This document shows positions 35,679 to 43,846 of a stretch of DNA of 64,000 nucleotides, one piece after another (position 1 is the first letter of the stretch; each line of letters starts with the position of its first letter). The position numbers and the translations under genes are program-made. This stretch comes from Amoebophrya sp. A120. Taxonomy: Eukaryota; Protista; Dinoflagellata. A model generated the notes under the pieces. That model was not told the DNA's origin and searched no databases. It was given only the letters and a program-made list of their open reading frames with translations. The DNA is taken from the NCBI GenBank assembly GCA_905178155.1, contig CAJINV010000003.1:2893715-2957714 (forward strand), in the 5' to 3' direction.

Positions 35679-38600
35679 TTCTTCGTCAACGTCCTTATGT
35701 GTGCACCCATGTGAGACTAGCGCTACCGGGGGGCTCTTCCTGTCCCCCCGGGTCCTAATGTGTTTTGATTTGGAAAGGGGTAGTATCCGTTCTCAAAAAC
35801 AAACGCAGGATCAAACGCAGGATCAAAGGTTTAGAATTTATGGAAAGCGTTTAAGCATTCGCGTTCATAAGGTTTAAGCATTAAAATGCCTAAACTAAGA
35901 AGTCGCAATTTAAGCATTCGAGTGCTTAAATTCACGGAAACGCAGATTGCAATTTGCTTTAGCAAATTTCAAATTTGCTCACACAGCTTCAAAGATAACC
36001 AGTCAATTAGCCATTCGAATGCTTAAAATGATTGTTTATTTTCAAGCAGTTAAGCACTCGAATGGCTAAACTGATTGCTTGTCTGTGCAGCTGCGTGAGC
36101 AAATTTGAATTTGCCCAGAGCAAATTTCAAATTTGCTCACGCAGATTGCAGTCTGCGTTTCCGTGAATTTAAGCACTCGAATGCCTAAACGCTATATCTA
36201 CCGCGACCGAGCGCGAGTGTTGTTGGTGTTGCTCGAGAGACAAAGAGCTTTCGCACCATGGGAAACAAAAGCTCCGCCGGTGCAAGAGCACAGAGCCAAA
36301 GCGTCCCGCGGCGCTTTTGTTAAGTGCCCACCCCGCGCAAAACCGCCGTGGGCGTCGTGATCCCTCCAGATCGCGACGCCTGGGGCAATTTGCCCCATTG
36401 GGCCCCCTGCGGGCTTCGGTGCACAAGGTTGCAGCGCGGCGCGGGCGCCTGGCGCGCGAGGGCGAGAAGGCGAATTCAAGAGCAAGGCGTGGCGCGCACG
36501 CTTCTCGCTGGGCCAACTGACGCGCGGGTGGGGTGGAGGGGCGTGGCCGCCGGAGCGGCGCCGCGCGGGCGGCACTTTTGTGTATCGGGGGCGAGGAAGC
36601 AAAGGGCAACGAGAGCACGACAGACAGAGCCAGGGCGCCCCGGGGCGCTTTTGTATGTTAAGTGCCTGCGGGCCCGGCGCAAAACTGTCGCTAGCGTCGT
36701 GATTTCACCAGACCGCGACGCCATTGGCGATGTATGGCGCAGGCACATACGACGCCACTTGCCCCGCGCGCGAGCCCCTTGGGGCGAGTTGCGAATGGCG
36801 TCGCGATCTGCTGAGATCGCGACGCTAGCGACAGTTGTGCGCGGGGCCGGCAGGCACTTGGCAAAAGTGTATGTTAAGTGCCTGCGAGCCCGGCGTCGCG
36901 ATCTGCTGAGATCACGACGCTAGCGACAGTTTTACGCGGAGCTTGCAGGCACTTAACAAAAGCGCCCCGGAGCGTCTTGGCTCTGTCTGTGCTCTTTCCC
37001 TTTGCTTCGTCGCCCCCGATAAAGCATTCGAATGACTCAAAGCAGCATCACAAAGTTGGCAAATAACGGCTCGCAGGGTCAAAATAAGGAAGCAGCAGAT
37101 TGAAATTTGCGCGAGCAAATTGGAATTTGCTCTGCCATTTTTGAAATTTGCTCGGGCGGTTGCAAAAATTCTCTTCATTTAAGCATCCGAATGTCTAAAC
37201 GACTACTCTTTTTTCGGTGACTTTAAGCGTTCGAGTCGCTATTTCTAGACTTCTTGCAGAAGCTCCGGAGCAAATTTCAAAAACCTGCGAGCAAATTCAA
37301 ATTTGCTCGCGCAAATTTCAATCTGCTGTTTTCTTATTTTAAGCACTCGAACGCTTAAACTGAAAAATGTCCGAGTTCTTAAATTAAGCACTCGAATGCT
37401 TAAACGCTAAAATCTCAAAGCATTCGATTTCTCAAATTAAGCCTAAAGACGCTTAAACCTCTAAGCTCTGCTCTTCGATTAAAAGTTTCACGGAAGCTAC
37501 TTTGACGGACCACATATGCAAAAACCTGGTTGGCGTTGACCAGGCGCGGCGCGGCTGGAGACGGATATCGAACAAAAAAGTGTTAACGTTACGGTTTGGC
37601 ATTTTTGGCATTAAAAATTTTTTGTGGGTTCCCTGCCGGCATCACATGAATGCGTAAAGGGCCCCGCTCACTTTTTTCACTATTGTGGGACTCTGAGTGA
37701 CTAACTTTGTTTGAGTTAGCTGGTGCACAAGGCCTGACGGCGCCGAACTTCGCCCACCGGGGCCGCTCCATGGCGAACCTTCCGCGCCACTTGGGCTCCT
37801 GGACCCGGTCGCAGCGCCTCCGCACCAGGTCGGTGTCATCGGAGCCTGCTTTTCAAGTGTTTGGGGACGCTTCGTGGACGGCAGCTACTGCAAGCCACCT
37901 CATTGAGAGATGGTCTCGAGTTGCCACCATCCTCGCCCCCGCTATCGACACTGAGGATGGACCTGCTTTTGGCAGGCAAAATCGATCATAGCGTGCTGTC
38001 TAAAAAGTGTTAACGGTTTTTTCGGGTCATAGGGAATTCCGCCGAAAAAATCCATGATTTGCTATCAATTTGAGGCCAAATTTCGCAGTCACCCAGAAAA
38101 ACCGTTAACACTTTTCAGACAGCATGCTATGATCGACTTACCCTGTCCAAAATCCTGCAGGCCAAGAAGCGCGGGCTCTGGGGAGGATAAATCGACCATA
38201 GCGTGCTGTCTAAAAAGTGTTAACGGTCATTTTTTGGCATTTTCATACAAAAATGCCTGCTTTTGGCAGGCTGGGGCGATCATACCGCCCATTCTAAAAA
38301 GTGCTAACGGTTTTATGGGTGACTGCAAAACTTGGGCACTTTGGTGCCCTAAATTTGCCAACTTTCCTCATCCTCGAAGTCACAGCTTTTCTGCTTCATG
38401 GAGAGAACTTCGTGAGATGGCTCAAAAGCTGCAGCGCAATGACTAGAAACGCAGCGAGCCTATACTGTTCTAAGGTGGCGATATGGTAAAGAGTTGCGCG
38501 GACCTTTCGGGGGGTTGTCGCATAGGCTCATATGCCGACACATGGCGCACGCCTTGCATGACAGACTTCATGGCGAAAGGTCGCCAACATCACCGCCATA

Positions 38601-41215
38601 TCATGCCAAAACAGTCAGAGCCGCGGCGCCCGTGGTATTCCTCCGGAGGTTGCGCTAGACCCGGGCGCGGAGTGGAATGCTTTGTGTACTAGCTAGCTCA
38701 AACCGATGACGCTACAACAGAGTCCCGCGGATGCAAAAACCTGGTTGGCGTTGACCAGGCGCGGCGCGGCTGGAGACGGAGCAGGAATCTCCATCGTTGC
38801 TGCCACGACAACGTCCATAGCTCCCTCTGCCGGCGTTCGCGGTAGTTTCGTAGGGAGTCCTAGCATCCGCGCCGGCACTGAAAGCCACCGACGGGCGACG
38901 CCTCGGTCACTCCTTTTGATACAACTGGAGGGCTCGGATTCTTCACTCTTGGAAGGAGGTGCTGTTGCCGCGTGTTGACTCGCGAACGGACAAAGGAATG
39001 ACTCTGCGGAGGTGTCGGAAGCTTGATCTCGCTTGCTACCCCGGTTGCTCGGGCCGCTCATGCACCAGCCTGGGCATACGAAAAGACTGTCGACGGCATG
39101 GGAAAACAATGCAGCATACGCTCGCGCTTGGTATCAAATGCAAAAGTGTCTGGGTCTGGAAGTATGGAGACTTGTCATGCATATTTCTCATGACCCGCGA
39201 TGCCTGTGATGCTTGACCTAGCATCGCAGACTTTTAGAGGGCTTCCTGATGCACCTTCCGCATGAGAAATGCCCTGTCCGTGTAGCAAAAACTGGGCCGC
39301 TCTTGCTGGTCATGCAATACAAATTTTTTTAGAGTCCAAAAACAGCATGACAAGTTGCAATCTTCCAGACCCAGACATTTTTGCAGTTGATACTTGGAGT
39401 GCGTTAACCAGTTTCGAATCCATGTACGACTTCGAGGAAACCGCCGACGCCTGTTTGGGATTGTCTCTGCTTTGTGGAGTAGTAGATGTAGTGCAACTAC
39501 AGCTGCATATATATGTATCATGCAGTCAATGCACTCATGCAATATCTTTCCAGATAAGTGATGCACTGTAAGCACCACGTTAGACCGACGGCGCTGCTGC
39601 CTTCCAGAGAATTTTCTTTGCACACGGGCAGGCAAAAATGTAGTTCTGTTAGAACTCAAAACTTCACAATTACCTGTTCGTCGTCGCGAAAAAACGCCAT
39701 TTCTTCCGCCCTTCCCGTAATTTGCGTGCTCGTCTCCCCACCTTCTCTATCGGCAAGGCCCAGCCGCCGTGAAAGGTTGCTCGGCAAATCTCCGAACTGC
39801 AGCAAACGCGAGGTGACGAAGACGACGCGCGGTCTCACCTGGCTGCTCTCGGCCGCGGCTTGATCCTCCTCGTCCGGTTGCGCAGGAGGTTCGAACGCGG
39901 GCGCCACGGAAAAGTGGCTCGCTTTCAAGGAACTACCAAACACCGAGTAGCTGTGCCCGTCTTCGCCCTTCGAAAGCTTATTGATCAAGTGGTGGTGGCC
40001 CAGGCAGTTGACTGCAAAAGGGGTTTCCCCAGGACTCCATGCGGCGGCGTTACAGATGAGCGCGTGGAAGCGCTCTTGCACCTCTTCCTGCAAAAGCCTT
40101 ACGTTTTCTACATCCAGGTCGGTCGTCCCATCAGGGAGTAGGCTATGGTCCCCGCGAGATGTGGAGGCCTGTAAATTGAACAGATTTCTTGAAGACCACG
40201 CAAAAAACCGTTTATACCAACGACTACGAGGGGAGAAGTACTTCAGGTTAAATAAGCGAAAATTTTCTATCTTATTCGGTGTTCCAGCAGGGCTCAAATA
40301 AAGCAATGGAGTCCAACTACATACCTCGTCGTCCCTGCCGATGTCAAAATTGGTCTGCGCCCACACCTGCTTTTCCGCGTTCACGTAGTCGACCATGGCC
40401 TTCTTTGTTTCCTTGCCAAAGCGCTTCACGGAGCGGAAATCAGCCAGGTCTAGCGGCACGACAATGATCCTTCGCGCTATTCGCTCCACCAGGGAACGCC
40501 GCACGTCGGCTTCAAGGTCCCGCGCAACCTCAATCCGCTTCTCCACGTCGCCGCGAATAATTTGCAGCTCCAGGTCGGAAGGGGATATATTCCGCCCTAC
40601 TGCTTTGTTTCTGGTTTTCGAAAGCGCAAATTTCAGCTCCTCTTCCAGAAGGGCACGCATCAGGTTTCCACGACCGTAGTCGCCTCCCCATCCGGAACCG
40701 AGTAAGACGGAACGTACTACAAAATCCAACACAGGTATGGATGCGCGCTCGCGCTGCTGCATCTGCTGGTAGTCATTGTCGTGAGTGAAACAGTTCGTTT
40801 CAGCCCGTCGCTCTCCTGCTTCGCTAGTACTTCTTCCATACCTATCGAAGCACACATCCGAGGCCACCTGGCGCGCCAAACGCAGTTTTAATGCCGACGA
40901 AAAAGCGAGTCTTCGCGCTGCGTCACATGCGTTGCCCACGGGAACAAAGCTCGAAGACGAATTCGGCGGAGGACCACGGACTCCAACCACGACAATTGCT
41001 CCTTCCCGTAGCAGTCCCCGCGCGGTTTCGTAGCCGATGCCACGGTTGCCTCCAGTGACAATGCAGAACCGGTTTCGAACCGAAACGCGAGGCAACGAAG
41101 AAGCTTCGTGCTCTGGCCGCGGCTTCAAGGCGGCAAGAGCACCTACCGCTGCTTCAATCAATCCCGACGCTCCATGTTGCCCAAAAAATCCTGTATGTGA
41201 AAACGGAAAACCCAT
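34547..41215 (-). CDS. Short-chain dehydrogenase/reductase (RDH/WWOX-like), 4 exons
   Basis: Exons 39674-41215 (TGGNRGIG, LDLADFRSV, LICNAA, RVVFVTS), 39398-39450 (YMDSK catalytic motif), 38741-39131 (VCPGW, RTPAEGA) and 34547-34726 (GNGAYEDNE…ARFLRSMDQIV). Introns: 39451-39673 GT-AG, 39132-39397 non-canonical, 34727-38740 GT-AG. Confidence 0.75.
34718..34751. repeat. Copy C of triplicated SDR coding segment
   Basis: TGCAAAAATCTGGTTGGCGTTGACCAGGCGCGGC, 33/34 identical to copies A and B. Confidence 0.95.
34861..34877. repeat. (AG)n microsatellite
   Basis: agagagagagagagaga. Confidence 0.9.
35651..35678. repeat. (GT)n microsatellite
   Basis: Perfect GT run. Confidence 0.95.
35850..37460. mobile_element. 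Foldback-like, palindrome-built non-coding element
   Basis: Three long inverted-repeat units (35909-36189, 36583-37021, 37081-37340), about 13 copies of TTTAAGCA-N6-TGCTTAAA and several GAGCAAATTT(C/G)AAATTTGCTC palindromes. No transposase ORF seen. Confidence 0.55.
37516..37565. repeat. Copy B of triplicated SDR coding segment
   Basis: 50/50 identical to 38731-38780. Confidence 0.95.
37967..38340. repeat. Direct/inverted repeat cluster of ~37-bp unit ATCGATCATAGCGTGCTGTCTAAAAAGTGTTAACGGT
   Basis: Forward copies at 37981 and 38191, a degenerate copy at ~38277, and an inverted copy at 38101-38136. Confidence 0.85.
38731..38780. repeat. Copy A of triplicated SDR coding segment (exon 3 end)
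   Basis: ATGCAAAAACCTGGTTGGCGTTGACCAGGCGCGGCGCGGCTGGAGACGGA. Confidence 0.95.
39132..39392. mobile_element. Introner-like inverted-repeat element (non-canonical intron) in SDR gene
   Basis: 31-bp TIRs, 29/31 match (TATCAAATGCAAAAGTGTCTGGGTCTGGAAG), flanked by 5-bp direct repeat CTTGG. Removing the element plus one repeat restores VNALQ|ARAY. Confidence 0.85.
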
Positions 41216-41680
41216 CTCGATCGATATCAATGCTCATGGGCTAAAAATCGTGAGTTTTACTTATGTATCTTGAAGAGGCACAAAATCGAAACAGAACGGC
41301 ACGCCCTGAGGCCCAGAAAAATCCATCGTAGCACCCTGATTGAGAAAAATGCAACAAAGCTCGACTTTGAGTCTATCTACATCACGCACATGATCTTGAC
41401 AGAGCGATGTAAAGACGCACGACGCACGGTTGAGAGTAGTAAGTCGCATTTGCTAATTTTCTCTTCAAGAGGAAGCGATTTTTTCTGTGTCGTCACGACA
41501 CGTGCGTGCGTGCAAACTCAAGTTGCCTACATTGATTTTTTGTGCGTCTTCTCAGCAGCACAACCACTGGCTGCTTCTTGCCTGTCATGAACTCCCTCAG
41601 AGTCAAACTCGAACCCTCAGAGAACGCAACAAATTAGTACTAAACGAAAAAGCTTCACCGCGTCAATCTGGGCTTTGTGC

Positions 41681-42973
41681 TCAAAGAAAGACTTGAAACA
41701 AAAGCATCATGGCGCACGCGAAGAGCACGGACAGCCACCAATTGCAGGTTGGCAAGGGCATTTTTGCGTCAGAAGATGCTGCCGCGGGGGAGGGTGAAGG
41801 CGTGGGCGACGGCGATGGGGCAGGAGTCGGTGTCGGACTGGGCGACGACACGACTGCCGTCAGTAAAGCGGGGTGCAAATAGGTTGTACTGACGACGGAG
41901 GTTGTTCTGCCGCTGACCTGCCCGGCATAGTCAGCACCCCAGCAATTCGGCACCTTATCCGCTTGCAGGGCACAGAAATGCGCGTACACTCCTGCACTGC
42001 CGCTCGCAAGCTGGCTCCACGACACGCCGTCGGGGTACTGAGCCATGTCCACGCTGCCACCGCCCCCCACGGAGTAGGAGTAGCTCTTCCCCCAGGCGTG
42101 GAGTGTCCCGTCGGCCTTTAACGCGTACACAGCAAAATTCATAGTGGACACCTGAGTGTAGACCTGGCCCGCGACCACAGAGCCCATGCTCAGAGACCCG
42201 ATGCCGCTCGCAGGCTTGGAGTTCGTCAGCCCATTCCCAATTTCCTGCGTGCCGCCGTAGACGCCCAGCTGCCCGCTCGCGCCGAGTACTGCTACGAAAT
42301 CAACTCCGCCGGAGACCTGCTGCACCGGGAAGTTTAAATTTGCGAGTTGTGTCGCGGTCGGCGTGTAGGAGCCGCGACTGTCCCCGAAGCACGTCAGACC
42401 GGCCACGCCCGATTGGAACGCGCAGCACCAGTGCCCCCCGCGTTTGCCGGCGCAGCTGAGGCCAGTAAACGTCGTGGCGGTCGCTGGCACATTTGCGAGT
42501 GCGAAGTTCACTGCAGTCGTGCTGGAACCCGTGGCGGCCGGCTGGCAGCTTATGGACGTCGCGCTTCCGCAATACACCGTATTGGGTCCCCAGGCCGTGA
42601 TCGTTCCGTCCGTGCGAATGAGTGCGCCGCCCCAAAAGCTTAGATCGGCATCCTTTACCTCAACACCAATCAGGCTCGCGGCATCCGTGTGGTCGGGTCC
42701 GTACCCGTTTGAGCCAACGTAGAAACTCACGCGCATGTTGGCATCCACGCCCATAACGGCTTTCCCGCCACACGTCAAGGCCTTTGCGGTGGTGCAGGGA
42801 AGCTTCGAATCCATGGAGTTCCCGCCCCAACAAGACGGCTTTCCGGTACTTTCGATGATTGCGCAGCAGAAATTGTCCCCACAACAGAGCGGGGAAAGCG
42901 CTCCGCTGACGCCGTGGTCATAGATGATAAGTGTGATGACGCAAGCCAGAAAAGCGATGGGAAATCGCCACAT
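41681..42973 (-). CDS. Secreted/GPI-like RCC1/BLIP-II beta-propeller surface protein
   Basis: Signal peptide; repeats CCGDNFCCAI..SCWG, GGVDFVAVL..GVYG, AVYALKADGTLHAWG and HFCAL..NCWG; an (SP/TP)n stalk; a hydrophobic C-terminus. Intronless. Confidence 0.8.
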   Translation of the reverse strand: MWRFPIAFLACVITLIIYDHGVSGALSPLCCGDNFCCAIIESTGKPSCWGGNSMDSKLPCTTAKALTCGGKAVMGVDANMRVSFYVGSNGYGPDHTDAASLIGVEVKDADLSFWGGALIRTDGTITAWGPNTVYCGSATSISCQPAATGSSTTAVNFALANVPATATTFTGLSCAGKRGGHWCCAFQSGVAGLTCFGDSRGSYTPTATQLANLNFPVQQVSGGVDFVAVLGASGQLGVYGGTQEIGNGLTNSKPASGIGSLSMGSVVAGQVYTQVSTMNFAVYALKADGTLHAWGKSYSYSVGGGGSVDMAQYPDGVSWSQLASGSAGVYAHFCALQADKVPNCWGADYAGQVSGRTTSVVSTTYLHPALLTAVVSSPSPTPTPAPSPSPTPSPSPAAASSDAKMPLPTCNWWLSVLFACAMMLLFQVFL

Positions 42974-43846
42974 TTTTTGCCTTTCGCTCCGCGACTCAAA
43001 AAATCGATCCGCAGGTCCTCCGGTTCTATCTACTTATTGTCGTCTCTCTTTGTTTCCGCCAGAGTGGGCAACTGTGAACCCAATCAGGGGAGTCACCATG
43101 GAAAAGCAAAAACATCGCTCCGGGGAACGACAGATGTATGGGGGCACGACCAACAGGAGGCTACAGTCGTCTCCTTCACTCCATGTTTGCGCGAATGTGG
43201 GCGAGGCGCTGCGTCATAAGTCGCGGAGATAGGGCCGGCACCTGCGGGTGGAGTACTGAAAATACACAAACTAACTACAGCTGCACAGAACAAGAACTGG
43301 TCGTGGAACATGACACGAATGTCTTGTTAATGATGCGCGACGACGCAAACCTTCAGCTTCAGGCCGTCAGTTGCATTCTATCGCCACAGAATGATGCCTT
43401 TCTTTTTCATATCCTTGTCACGCTTTTTTTGTTCAGTATCCATATTGACAACAAATCAACTCGAGCTACAAGCACAACAGCTCTACGCCATTGCCTCATT
43501 TCTCGACCAACATGCCCCCATCGGTATGTAGTGTCTGCACATGCTACACTTGAGGAAGAAAAGGCCATGACTTCTTCCTAAAAACGTCGGTGCACAAAAA
43601 AAATAGATGCAGTCGTCTCGACATTCGTAAACAAAACGGTAAGTAGCCACACGCTTGAAAGCTCGACAAGCTAGCGAAAACCTACGAGCCTCCATAGGCG
43701 GTGACCAAATCATTGAGCGTGTATATGGCTATCATGACTACACGCAAACTACAATAAACAAATGAAAAGGGAACATAAGAACCGCAAATACGGCATGACG
43801 CTCTTCTAACTAGAAATCTATTAAAAAAAAAATGGTACTTAATTCA

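Larger units (their letters stand above)
34727..38740 (-). other. Putative 4,014-bp GT-AG intron (insertion) in SDR gene
   Basis: Minus strand reads AACCAG|GTTTTTGCA at 38740 and AACCAG|ATTTTTGCA at 34727. Removal gives in-frame RLVNANQ|IFATAA. Confidence 0.65.

Noticed and set aside
36133-36923. ORFs in the GC-rich hairpin as a transposase
   Set aside because: The peptides are Arg/Ala-rich translations of repeats with no DDE, HUH or tyrosine-recombinase motifs.
37156-37169. 14-bp match GCGGTTGCAAAAAT to 34713-34726
   Set aside because: It is a single short match inside a repeat-rich region and cannot be distinguished from chance without statistics.
37516-37565. Repeat as Helitron 3' hairpin, SL RNA or Pol III ncRNA terminator
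   Set aside because: It is better explained as duplicated SDR coding sequence. No dinoflagellate spliced-leader motif was found by eye in the window.
35850-38340. CRISPR array or bacterial operator/att array
   Set aside because: Spacing is irregular, orientations are mixed, there are no unique fixed-length spacers or cas genes, and the context is eukaryotic.
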